A DNA stretch of 64,000 bases from Podarcis bocagei. Its lineage: Eukaryota. Below are positions 36,249 through 48,617 of this stretch, piece by piece. The position numbers were made by a program, and so were the translations under genes. The notes beneath the pieces were generated by a model. The model was not told where the DNA came from and ran no database searches. It saw only the letters and a list, made by a program, of their open reading frames with translations. The first letter of the stretch is position 1. Each line of letters starts with the position of its first letter. The stretch lies in assembly GCA_964188305.1 (NCBI GenBank), contig OZ076890.1; one strand, 5' to 3'.

Positions 36249-39200
36249 TATCTCACCCCAGTAGGTTGGAAGTATGGCTTTCTTTTCTCCTGTTCCTTGC
36301 ATTCCTCTATAGCCTCCTTAAGTACCGGTATTTTGCCTGACTGGAATGTGCTCTTGAACTTTCACAATGCCTCTTGCTTTTCTGGATGGACAGATGTGTC
36401 TACAGAAACCTTTGGCTTTTGTATGGCTCGAGTTGTAAAAAGCTGCAACCTACTTTTGTGACTGGTCTCACCCACCACCATTGTGTGGCTCCAAGAAGTT
36501 TGCCCCAAATGGAATGCAGCCCCAAGGCTGTAAAAGGTTCTCCACCTCTGTCCTAAAGTAAATGTTGTCAATGGAACAATAATCAAAACGATGAAACGAA
36601 TGCTGGTGAGGCCCACTTGTCACATTACTTGGGGGAAAAATTGATTCCTTCGTGGCAATTACATCTTGGTCTAATAAACCAAAACTGTAAAAGCTCCACG
36701 AGAGTCCGTGTCTTTATTCTTGGTCAGAATAAACATGCTGGCAAAACATATCTCTGAGGGCCAGTTCAGATGTTTGCAAAGCCCTCAGAGTTGCCCAGGG
36801 ACACAGGGGCATGGAGAAGATAATGCCTGGATACAGTCAGGGGTGCTTCTCACTGCATTTTGCACCACAGGTATTCCTCCTCCTGGAGACATCTCCATGT
36901 GGACTGACTGACAGATGTTATCATCATCCCTTAGTAAGCTGAGTCCTTATTGCCTTTAGTACAGGAGTCATACTCAAGGACATGTACAGCCTACATTTCA
37001 CTGTACCTCTCCATCAATGCCTGATGAAACACTTACCCTGTGATAGCTTGATTTACACAATTCCTCCTGAGGATACCTGGCAATTTTGTCACATGAGGAA
37101 CCCAGATGTTAATGGCTGCTATCTTCCAACCACTTAAAATAAAGGCCAATTCAGACACCCAATTTTGAGATGGAGGACTTACCATAAGGCGATTCCTTCC
37201 CTCAATTTCCCTGTGATAGGGAGGTGTTTTTTCCGAAGGAAGCACTCGCATGCTCCGAAAATTGCCAGTGTTTCATTGACCTCAATCTGCCTGCTCTTGG
37301 TAAGCGTTTTGAGGATAATATCTTAACTTTATCCACCTCTCTCACCATCCACCTAGTTCCTTGACTTAATGGGTGCTGTCATTTTAGATTCCTTTTCGTG
37401 TTTTATGTTATATCACATCTTCCACTGAGGATTTAGGAGCATCGCAGCTCGACATCTTTTTCTTCCTTGGCAGAGATGCATTTTGTTCTTGTAAGGTTAT
37501 CAACATACACGTACAATGACAGAGATGATGATAAAGAAATTGCTGCTCCTTCCCCCCCACCCTATCCCTCAATCTGATAAGGTGGACCCCCTCCCCTGGC
37601 CTACTTTGTCCAGAAAGAGCTATGTGCAATGCATTTCCTATCACAGATTTTGTCCCATTGAATTTCTGTTTGAAGACCAGAGAGCAGATTCTCTCCAGGG
37701 GATCTTTATCATGCGTGTTGTTTTCTGAATTACTTTCTTGGTGCTCAAAGTTGTCATTGTTTCATTTAATAAAATATACGAAGGCAAATACAAATAAAAT
37801 GGAGGAAAGGCTCAGCATGAAAGCATCTGTTTTGTATGCAAAAGGTCCTGGGTACAATTCCTTGTTAAGTATAATGTTTAGTTCACAGAGAAATGAAAAA
37901 ATGTATATGTATGAATGAAGGTTTAAAATGGAAAGTGGCTAAATGTGTATTGCTAACACTGGAGTCTTTTCCACAAGAGATTTTCTAAAGAACTCTGAGC
38001 TCTTGCTGAGTTAATGATTAACTAACTGATCTCTGGTAGCTCACATGTGAGGGTTGTAAACTTCAATTATGTGAGAGGTATTGGGTTGCAATCTCCATTT
38101 TGAAAGGAGTTACCTTGAGTCTGCCTCCCAAACTTAATGGAGTGAAGATGGAAATGGAGTCATCTCTCTGAACACTACAGGGAGAACAATTCATGCAAAT
38201 GGCTTTCCTGAAGGGACAGCAAACAGCTTAGAGACTGGAAAGAAGGCAGGGGTGGGGGAGAGAGACCTTTGCTTATAGGTCTGTTTGGATTATTTCATAT
38301 TTTGTAATATGCTGAGCCTGTGCTGGGCAGCACAATATATTGTATGGATATTTTTGGTGTTTAAATTCTGTTTTAAAGGAGGTTCTGCCAGCAAAAGTTT
38401 GAATAATATTTCCGTGGGCCTGGATAATGGTTCATTTCCAAAGGTGTCGGTTCTTATGCTTCCAGTCACTTCAAATTGTACAGTATTTAATATCTGCAGC
38501 ATTCCTGGCATCACCAGTTAGAGCTGGAAATGTTTCCCCTCAGAAACCCCGGATAGTCACTGCCAGTTGATATGAATGATACTGAGCTAGATAGACTTAA
38601 GGTATGATTCAGTACAAGGCAGCTTCCTATTTTCCTACTTGGGGGAAAGCACCCTTAAATGTCAAAATTGCAAAAGCCGAAATCTGGGGGTGGGGATTTG
38701 TGGAAGGGTCCATTTGTTTTAAATGAACAATGTTTTCAAGCTCTAAATCAACAGAGCAGTTTCTGAACGTTTTCCTCCCACCTCTCACCTGCTAAGCCAA
38801 TCCCACAGCAAATCAGTCTCCAGTGGGAATTACTTTTGCTTTGCCAGCACCAGATATGCTATCATGAAATTACAGCTCATATCGCTCCTTGGTCCGTTGG
38901 CCTGTTATGACTGCATTTCATTTCCAGCTCGTAAAATTTGATGTTTGTAAATGGCAAGCCCATCATTTCTTATCAGAGCATGTCCAGCATAACTGCCATT
39001 AATTATAAAACTCTCTATCATCCTAGGATATTGTACTGAAATAACCATGAGATGAAATTGCTGCCAGGACGTCTGTCATCAATTGGAAATGTATTTTCAA
39101 CTTGTCCCTTGGAAAAAAATAATACCATAATGTGGATTATGTCTCTGGTCTGGCTTAGTGAATGCTATTTTAACAATAGATAATGGCCATTACTGACTTC

Positions 39201-39952
39201 CCAGAGTGATTTTAACAGATGATAATACAAAATTTTGTCTGGGGGTGAGACAGTGTCAAAACATCACTATTCTGAGCTGCCCTGCACATATGCTCTGACA
39301 TGTCTGCTTTTGAAATAAGCTTTTTGGCATCGCACTTAAAGAAATAAATTTCAAAGTCACATGCATCTGAGTGGTAGTGCAGAACAGAATATAATAATAT
39401 TAATAAACCCTCACAATTCTATAAGCATCAGCCTGGAAACATAAGTATGAAGGTGACAGCAGATGTGAATGAATGCAATAGGACATCAATATATGTTGTT
39501 GTCATCTTCAGTGATGCTGATTATTATTATTTCTTTTTATTTTAATTAGAGGTAAAATTAGAGTAAAGGACATGCTCACTGCAATCAATCTGTATATAAT
39601 TTTGCTTCGATTTTCTCAGCAGTAATTTTGAAGGACGCTTAAATGTTGTGGGATACCTTCCCCTTTCTGTGCTCTGAGGACAGAGATAACCTCGTGTAAC
39701 TAGCCGCTTGTGTTTTGGACCTTATCCATGCAGGCTGATTAAATCAGTTTGGCCAGAGCTCTTTGTACCCGGGTTAATGAAGTTGCGACTGCTTCTCTGA
39801 CAGAGGGTTATGTGCTGATGACACTGACGTCATTCAGAAAGCATGAACTGGGGACAGCGGAGAGGAGTACACTAGCTCTGCCCCCTTTGTTGTCATTCCT
39901 TCAACTCATGGAGGGCAACTATATGAAGCGGAGAGGCTTCCATACTCATGGT

Positions 39953-40216
39953 TGTTATGTACTGAAGTTCTCACCCTAGGCCAGCAGGGGGATACTGTAG
40001 ATTGTTTTCACTCAGGTCCACATATGCAAATAAGGGATTGAAAGTGACGTTCAGTGATTGGATAGTTACAGAAAATGGTTACTGTTGCGTTCTAGTGGAG
40101 CTCTATATAAGCAGGCTGGCTGAACCCTTCAGTTCAGTTCTGTTCTGGCCTGTGAATAAACAAGAGCTGTTTGAAGAATCGCTGTGTCGTCTGATATGTT
40201 CACCCACAACTTAACA
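39953..40216 (+). mobile_element. Solo LTR, 264 bp, young
   Basis: TGTTA...TAACA termini, perfect 5-bp TSD ATGGT (39948-39952, 40217-40221), TATA box CTATATAAG, AATAAA. Confidence 0.92.
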
Positions 40217-40228
40217 ATGGTGTTATAA

Positions 40229-40288
<60 letters not shown>

Positions 40289-40398
40289 TTATTTATACCC
40301 CACCCATCATCTGGCTGAGTCTCCCCAGCCACTCTGGGCGACTCCCGATCAAATGTTAAAAACAATACAGGTATTAGATATTAAAAACTTCCCTAAAC
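40229..40398 (-). mobile_element. L2-type LINE 3' end with (TTA)n tail
   Basis: (TAA)n run then CCCACCCATC..CTGGCTGAGTCTCCCCAGCCACTCTGGGCG, shared with 42506 and 58477 copies. Confidence 0.85.
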
Positions 40399-40465
40399 AT
40401 ACTGCTCCTTTTCACTTAAGTGGTATCCAAGAGCCCGCATAGAGTCTTTAAGTAGGTTCTCTATC

Positions 40466-40862
40466 GGTATGAGAAAATAACAGAGGCCAACCAGAGAATA
40501 TTGAGAAGCAAAGCAGCTAGTAAGCTAGATCTTTATTAACTGTTGCAACAGGGTGCTCACAACCACACGCAGGAGGCAGAAGGTACCCAGAACAATGGTG
40601 TGCAAGCCCTTACATAGACTTTTGAAGTTGCCCACCCTGTAGCCAGACACCCCCCCCAAAAAAAAACAGCATACATGCATCACAGAAGGAGGCGGACTAC
40701 AGCAGAAATACATCACAAGGGACTGTCTACAACACAAATCCTGTCTGGCAGCATACTGATAATGGTCACTTGATTGCTCCACCTGGGCAGCCTGGCCATT
40801 CCTTTTGAGATGCTAAATACTTAGTTCCTAAATCTAGGTCACAGGCTCACCCTATTCATACA
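40466..40862 (-). mobile_element. Probable solo LTR (second family)
   Basis: GTATGA...TCATACA termini, minus-strand AATAAA near 40531 and TATA-like CTATGTAAG; no TSD. Confidence 0.45.
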
Positions 40863-42505
40863 CAATACACCCTTAAAACAGGATTTGTGACCAATGAGAC
40901 AATGGGGAGGTTTTCCCATTTCCTTCCTCACTGCAGAGAATTTTTGAGGTGGCTGGAAGAGTCAAAATGGCTTCAGGATTGCTCTCCTGTACTATTTCAG
41001 ACATGTGGTTAATAATGTTCATAAATCTACAAGGCAAATACATACATATGATTTTTATATATGAGACCTTAGAATTCCTATAACAATGGAGATGCCCTAC
41101 ACATTTTAGAGCTCTGATATTCCAAGGCTCTAAAATATGTGACGAGACTACATGAGTACAAGGTTGCTGAGAGGTTGGCACTAGTGCACTCATATCTACT
41201 GTTCCCCACCACCATGTGTTTTCTGAACACCCGAGTGGGCTGAACGTGGGTCATTGATCATGTGGATTCCCTGTACAATTCTCCTCCCCTTTCTGAGACA
41301 GTTAAATCAGGCAAACTGAAGCCCTATCTTGGCATGCTGTTCACCTGGAAAGGCTGCCTAGAAGCAAAGCAAGTGAAGACAAGCTCTCTACACTTCAGCC
41401 CCACATGTGATGATGCACACCCCTCTCTACAAGTTGGAGGACAAAGTCCAGAGAGGGGAGCCTTCTCTACTTGTGGACCTCCCCGCGTGATCTGTGAGGA
41501 AAGGAGGCTCTCTGCTTCAGACTTTGTCCCATAACTTCTGGCAAAGGACATGCACAGCAAGGGGAGGGAGGGGCAGAGCTTAACATGCAGAACTTCCACC
41601 CTGTTTCATGTGCTTTTTTAATTTGCGAGTTGCATGCCAAAATGAGGCTTGAGTTCCTATCCGATCTGACATTTGAATGGAGCTGCTGCCTCACATAGGA
41701 AATTGTCTACATTCACGTTCAGAGCTGGGGGTCTTCTAGTGAATGTAGGAACAAATGCTCGGGAGATCAAGTGAACTATTGCTTATTTTTCCTGGAAAAG
41801 GACATTGCTACTTTAGAAATAAAAATGACATTTCCCCTCCTATTTGATAGCTACTTTTAGATTTCCTTCTACCCTCACCATAATAAAAAACCTTGTTCTT
41901 TTAGTCAAAACAATTTATACATTTCATTGAGAAACTCTCATGGTGACACTATGTGAATTTGCCCTTTGCAAGTTATCAGGGTTCCCCAGCCCCATTTGAG
42001 CATGAAAGAAATAACTTTTGATCTTATGCTGCATAAGGCGGGGGGACAACCTATTTTAAGGCCATGATAGCTATTTAAGGTTCATGATACAGCTAAAAAT
42101 AAGCATATTGACATTCCGACAGCAGCATGCTCTAGCCACCAGCTATTGTGGCTCCCCTGGAAAGTTTCCTTACTGCAAATAAACAAAGCCAACATGGATT
42201 ATTGTATAAATTTGTTCTTGCTTTGGTTTCATTTCCTCTCTCCTTCCTGGTGCAATTTCAAGGAGAAAATGTTCAAGATGTTTACTTACTCTATGTATAC
42301 CATATAAGAACTTCTGATTATGTGACTTTAGTAAAAGTGCACTGCTGAATAAATATGGCAAATAACTACTTTTGAGTGTGATTGTGTCCAGCTGTTTCCC
42401 ATTCTCTGTTCTCTGCATTTAAAGTGGGAAATTGAGGTTTCAGTCTTAAGTAGAATCAAAGCCATATTTGGAATCAGGCCCATTTAGGGGGGCAGGATTC
42501 CTGTC

Positions 42506-42573
<68 letters not shown>

Positions 42574-42786
42574 TTATTATTTGTACCCCGCCCATCTGGC
42601 TGGGTTTCCCCAGCCACTCTGGGCGGCTTCCACAGAAACAAAAAATACACTAAAATCACACATTTAAAAACTTCCCTGAACAGGGCTGCCTTAAGATGTC
42701 TTCTGAAGGTCAGGTAGTTGTTTATCACTTTGACATCTGATGGATGTCAGCGTCCGGGCAGAACGATGGGGGTGGAGACGCTCCTG
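42506..42786 (-). mobile_element. L2-type LINE 3' end with (TTA)n tail
   Basis: ORF NNYLTFRRHLKAALFREVF; same 3'UTR as other copies. Confidence 0.88.
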
Positions 42787-43131
42787 TCAGTAGTGGATAG
42801 AGGGGTACACTCACCTAACCTCCCATCACTGACATCCTGGAGGGTTACCTGTAAAGGGAGGGAGGCAATGGTGTGGTTGGTGAATAGCATACATGCTGGC
42901 AGAGGCAACCTGGCATTCCCACCAGTGCATTTCCACCACGCTGCACTTGTCTCTATTTTCCCCTTTAGGTAAGCCACAGCTATGCCAGTGATGGGAAGTT
43001 AGTAAGCATAACTCCTCCTTGGAGTTCAGATTAACACACCCCACCAATGTCTGCTACTGCTGAAATAACATCTAACATTTAGCCATCAGAGTGGACTTAC
43101 GCTGTACAATGGGATTCCTTCTTTTAAAATA

Positions 43132-43361
43132 GAGTCTTACCTTGGAAGTTGAAAGGCATCTGTTCTGGAAGTCCATTCAACTTCCAAAATGTTTGGAAAC
43201 TAAAGCGTGGCTTCCTGCAGCCAATCAGAAGCCACAGAAGCCCTGTCAGACATTTGGGTTCCAAAGAACGTTTGCAAACCGGAACACTCACTTCCGGGTT
43301 TGTGGCGTTCGGGAGCCAAAATGTCCAAGTACCAAGGTGTTCAGGATCCAAGGTACGACTG
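43132..43361. mobile_element. Tigger-like MITE, family D
   Basis: GAGTCTTACCTTGGA / TCCAAGGTACGACTG imperfect TIRs, TA on both sides. Confidence 0.78.
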
Positions 43362-44416
43362 TAAGTGCTATTTCTTTGCCTCATCATATATGAGGGTATT
43401 CAAACTGAAATTTTATCAGAATGAAACAAACTCAGATTCAAGTTCTCCACATTCAGTAGTTGGATACTTTTTAATTAGTATACACTATTGCATTCTGTTT
43501 TCCCATAAGGAACGGCAGATTGAGCAATGATAATGTGGAATGTCAAAGCAGTCCAGTGCATGCATGTCTTTCCAAGTAATAAAAATTATTTCAAGTTTTA
43601 TGTTTAACTCTTTGCTCTTTATCCTGTATTATTAGTGGTAATGAAGGCCATTTGGAGCAAATATTGCCTACATGTAGACAACATATACACTTGGACATTT
43701 TTTTTAGAAGATGCTTCTCTTGTTCGTTTAGCTACTTCACATCTAGACGAATAGGTTCAAGAGCTCATTTCAATTATTTTTATTACGCCTGGCTACAGCT
43801 TTCAGCTATTAGAAATGTGGGCATGCAGCTCATTTGAAGATTCAATGTCCCTGTTAAACAGTAATTCACGCCACTTTCCCCATTAACCATCTAGAAACTC
43901 GTGGGATACCACTGATTTATAGCAGTATTTGGAGCTCGAATCTTGCCTTTGTACGTTGAGTGTTGTTTTGTATAAGGTACTTGTCCAGAAGCGTAATGGT
44001 TGATAATGAAGCAGTTTCCACTTGGGTCAACTCCTAACATTATTGTTCTTGCTAATTAGATTAAGGTAATGCCTTCCTTAGAAATGGTGGTTCATCCATA
44101 TGCACTTTTCCTTTTTGTAAAGGCACTGTTCCTCATCACGGCAGCAAACCATTAGAGCGGGATTAGCCAATGTGGTGTCTTTTGGTTCATGCTGGGCTTC
44201 AGCTCCCATCATCCTTTTGTTGCTGAGCTCAATCTCTGAGGTGAATCTGAGTCCACAGTGAAGGTGATCGCCTTAAAGAGCCATCGTACACAATGGAAGA
44301 AAATGTTTGGCCAAGAAGCTCATAGCTAAAGTAGCCCTGAATGTCTGCCTTGGAATATGAGAAGAAGAAATTATGGCAAGGCAAGGCATCAGTGTGAAAT
44401 AGATAGAGGCTTGTTA

Positions 44417-44964
44417 TCGGATGGGAAAGTATTCAAAGAAAACGCTAGAAGTCTGCCTGGAGTAATGGCCGGACACAAGACGTCAGACCACTTTCGGTTT
44501 TAAGAAAAGCAAGATGGCGAAAGGTCACTACACAGTAAAATTGAGTCCTTGGAGTAGAGGGGAAATGCCGAAAATGATTGATTGCAATAAGAAACGTTGT
44601 TGTTGCTGTTTTTTAAAAAAATTCCACACAGAAAGTTACCAGATATAAACTCCTCTTGCAAATTAAAGGATATGGAACAGTTAAATACGAACGAAAGTCA
44701 ACACACCAGTGGCTGTTAAAATAAAGGATCAACATTGGAACTGTATTATTTGGATTAAATAAGAAGATTGGAGCAGGAACAAGGAATCAACATCTCCTAA
44801 AAATCTCCTAAAATCAGAACATGGGAAGTCAACCAAAATGTTTAATTTGGAATCTGACAATTGGCTTTTTAAATTAAATTATGATTTGGTATTGTACTAA
44901 TGTTGCCTATATTGGATTTTTATTAATGAAAAATTAATAAAAAATATTATTATAAAAAATTAAA
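44417..44964 (+). mobile_element. Unclassified A-tailed retro-insert (L1-type 3' end)
   Basis: AATAAA and A-rich tail; flanking AGATAGAGG(C/AT)TTGTTA direct repeat at 44401 and 44965. Confidence 0.55.
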
Positions 44965-46261
44965 AGATAGAGGATTTGTTAACATACGCAGTTAGGAATG
45001 CTGGATAACTGTCATATGTGTCCACAAACACTGTTCCTTGCAGGTGTTTGACCCATATACCAATTCAGAAATTATATTTAGTAAGGAAGTAATGAATAAC
45101 TTTATTTAAACAGGCTTGCTTTCAACTCTTAACTCTCTGTCCCCCCCCCCCCCTGTCCTATCTCTATACGGCTTGTGCTGAGTCACTTCCTGGTAGCTGT
45201 TCCCCTAATCTGTGGCTTCCCTCCATGTTACAAAATTTATCTCCTGGTCTGTTGTGGTAACCCTTTTATTTAATTCCACATGCATTGCTTATATGAATGG
45301 GCAGTTAATCCACAGTTATTCCTACCCTGTTGCTTCCACGTAATCCTCCTTGATGCAGAAAGAGGAGTTTGTGGAGCTCCAGTTTCTTTTGGTATTAGCC
45401 TGCAGTTTTCCAAATTAAGTGGAAAATGATCATCACATATTTTTTTCCAGACCAAAGGTTGCAATCCTTTTTCAGAGGGTTTGGTAGGTTTTTAATGCCT
45501 TTCGCTCGATGTCACTGTCTCCCTTCCTTTCCTGACAGTTCTTTATACTTGCAGACTTTGGGTGCTAATGGACACACACTCAAATTGTGCTGTCTTTCTC
45601 CCATTCTTCAACAGCACAAGTTTACAGGTTGACTTCCCCATTTAACACAGTGTTCTGAACCTTTAAAATTTTCTTAAACACCATGAACAAATGTACAAGG
45701 TGATCAGATGAACAGCAAGCATACAGATCTTGTTACTTCTATAGTACCTTTAGTTACGATGAATCTTATATTCAACTGCTTTCCTTACCTCAAATTCTAA
45801 AGATTCAAAGTGCTTCTCCACTATTCAGCCACAATGTTTTTCTCTCGGTTCCCATCTAAAAGGGAGTGCTTTTAAAATTATGTCTTCCAAGAGGTTGAAA
45901 ATAATGGGATTCTCACCGGTGACACTTAATCCCCATTGAATAGCAGATTCCCCCCCCCCCCTAGTTTGCATAGCAGAAAAAAATGGCCTTTGCTATATCA
46001 TTTCCTCTCTTTCTGACATAAAGGCTGTAAGGGCTGTTGTTTATGTAACCAAAACATTATCACCTGTGCACATTCTTAAAAAAAAATTAAACAAATGGGA
46101 GGGGGGAAAATCAGTGATGACCATGTATGCTCAGTGGCTCCCGAGCACTACCGTATTTTTCGCCCCATAAGACGCACCGGCCCATAAGACGCACCTAGAT
46201 TTTAGGGGGGGAAATGAAGGAAAAAATTTTTATTTCCCCCCCAGGTGCGCTGCGCTAATCC

Positions 46262-46792
46262 AGAAGCTTGGGGCGTGCTGAGGTCAGCGCGCCCCAAGCT
46301 TCTGCATGCCGGCAAGCAGTCCGCTGCCGCCCCAAGCCTTGCACACCCGGCGGGACCTCCTGCCGGGTGCGGGAGGCTTGGGGCGGCAGCGGACTGCTTG
46401 CCGGCATGCAGAAGCTTGGGGCGCGCTGACCTCAGCACGCCCCAAGCTTCTAGGTGCGCGCAAGCAGTCCGCTGCCGCCCCAAGCCTCCCGCACCCGGCG
46501 GGACCTCCTGCCGGGTGCGGGAGGCTTGGGGCGGCAGCGGACTGCTTGCCGGCATGCAGAAGCTTGGGGTGCGCTGACCTCAGCACGCCCCAAGCTTCTA
46601 GGTGCGCGCAAGCAGTCCGCTGCCGCCCCAAGCCTTGCGCACCCGGCGGGACCTCCTGCCGGGTGCGGGAGGCTTGGGGCGGCAGCGGACTGCTTGCCGG
46701 CATGCAGAAGCTTGGGGCGCGCTGACCTCAGCGCGCCCCAAGCTTCTAGGTGCGCGCAAGCAGTCCGCTGCCGCCCCAAGCCTTGCGCACCC
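46262..46792. repeat. 148-bp GC-rich tandem array (~3.5 units), two hairpins per unit
   Basis: Period 148 (ORF starts 46306, 46454, 46602, 46750); AGAAGCTTGGGGCGCGCTGA-CC-TCAGCGCGCCCCAAGCTTCT plus a ~42-bp-stem hairpin. Confidence 0.95.
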
Positions 46793-47600
46793 TGCCTTCA
46801 GGGCGCCCGACGCTCCGAGAAGCAGGCTGCTATCCGCAGCCTAGACATCCCTGCGGGTCCTCCCACAGGGCTGCCTGGGCGGTGGAATTGTTCCCGAAGC
46901 GTCGGGCACTCTGCCTTCAGGGCGCCCGACGCTCCGAGAAGCAGGCTGCTATCCGCAGCCTAGGCAACCCTGCGGGACCTCCCACAGGGCTGCCTGGGCT
47001 GCGGAATGGTTCCCGAAGCGTCGGGCGCTCTGCCTTCAGGGCGCTCGACGCTGCGAGAAGCAGGCTGCTATCCGCAGCCTAGGCAGCCCTGTGGGACCTC
47101 CCACAGGGCTGCCTGGGCTGCGGAATGGTTCCCGAAGCGTCGGGCGCTCTGCCTTCAGGGCGCTCGACGCTGCGAGAAGCAGGCTGCTATCCGCAGCCTA
47201 GGCAGCCCTGTGGGACCTCCCACAGGGCTGCCTGTGCTGCGGAATGGTTCCCGAAGCGTCGGGCGCTCTGCCTTCAGGGCGCTCGACGCTGCGAGAAGCA
47301 GGCTGCTATCCGCAGCCTAGGCAGCCCTGTGGGACCTCCCACAGGGCTGCCTGGGCGGCGGAATGGTTCCCGAAGCGTCGGGCGCTCTGCCTTCAGGGCG
47401 CTCGACGCTGCGAGAAGCAGGCTGCTATCCGCAGCCTAGGCAACCCTGCAGGACCTCCCACAGGGCTGCCTGGGCGGCGGAATTGTTCCCGAAGCGTCGG
47501 GCGCTCTGCCTTCAGGGCGCCCGACGCTCCGAGAAGCAGGCTGCTATCCGCAGCCTAGGCAACCCTGTGGGACCTCCCACAGGGCTGCCTGGGCGGCGGA
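46792..47600. repeat. 119-bp GC-rich tandem array (~6.8 units), two hairpins per unit
   Basis: Period 119 (ORF starts 47006, 47125, 47244, 47363); GGCAGCCCTGTGGGA-CC-TCCCACAGGGCTGCC. Confidence 0.95.
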
Positions 47601-48115
47601 TATCTTCCTGAAGCCTGGAGAGCGAGAGGGGTCGGTGCGCACCGACCCCTCTCGCTCTTCAAGCTTCAGCGAAAGCCTGCATTCGCCCCATAAGACGCAC
47701 CCAGATTTTCCCTTCATTTTTGGAGGGGAAAAAGTGCGTCTTATGGGGCGAAAAATACGGTAACTGGTTTTTGGAGAGGGGGAATAAAAGAGAGAATGAA
47801 GAGCACTGGAATGGAATGGAGTGACTGGAATCCTAATCAGGGATCCACACGGCAGCAACTTGTGCTGATGGAACAATCTCCTTAGTGCAATGTTGAATAC
47901 AGTTCATGGACAAATGGGATCTGCAACAATTGTTGCCATGTGGCGGGCTCCCTGATTAGGGAGCCAGAGCAACGATTCCTAATAGCACTTTCCCACTTCG
48001 TCCCCTTACCTGCTGTTCTGGGGGGCGGCGTTCTCCTGACCCTCTGGAGTAGATTTGGGGAGGGTGCATGAAGGGGCAGGGGGGGGGAAGTCCTGTTGCA
48101 CTAGCAAAAATACAG

Positions 48116-48564
48116 TGTTGTTGTTTAGTCGTGCCCAACTCTTCGTGACCCCATGGACCAGAGCACACCAGGCACTCCTGTCTTCCACTGTCTCTCGCAG
48201 TTTAGTCAAACTCATGCTGGTAGCTTCGAGAACACTGTCCAACCATCTCATCCTCTGTCGTCCCCTTCTCCTTGTGCCCTCCATCTTTCCCAACATCAGG
48301 GTCTTTTCCAGGGAGTCTTCTCTTCTCATGAGGTGGCCAAAGCTTCAGGATCTGTCCTTCCAGTGAGCACTCAGGGCTGATTTCCTTAAGAATGGATAGG
48401 TTTGAACTTCTTGCAGTTCATGGGACTCTCAAGGGTTTCCTCCAGCACCATAATTCAAAAGCATCAATTCTTCGGCCATCAGCCTTCTTTATGGTCCAGC
48501 TCTCACTTCCATACATCACTACTGGGGAAACTATAGCTTTAACTATACAGACCTTTGTTGGCAA
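48116..48564 (-). mobile_element. Bov-B (RTE) LINE 3' fragment
   Basis: MRREDSLEKTLMLGKMEGTRRRGRQRMRWLDSV..DRSAWCALVHGVTKS is the canonical Bov-B C-terminus; (AAC)n tail. Confidence 0.95.
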
Positions 48565-48617
48565 TTATGTTCTTAATATAGGTACCACTGAATTTTTGTT
48601 GCTTGCCAATAAAAATG

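Larger units (their letters stand above)
46151..47760. mobile_element. TcMar-Tc2-like non-autonomous DNA transposon, 1610 bp, with internal hairpin arrays
   Basis: Perfect 27-bp TIR CCGTATTTTTCGCCCCATAAGACGCAC, TA TSD, internal second copies of CCCATAAGACGCACC near both ends; no transposase. Confidence 0.93.

Noticed and set aside
46792-47600. CRISPR-like array of palindromic repeats
   Set aside because: Whole 119-bp units repeat with no unique spacers, no cas genes, vertebrate context
46202-47611. Many repetitive antiparallel ORFs
   Set aside because: Direct consequence of the 148-bp and 119-bp hairpin arrays; unit lengths are not multiples of 3, so frames shift each unit
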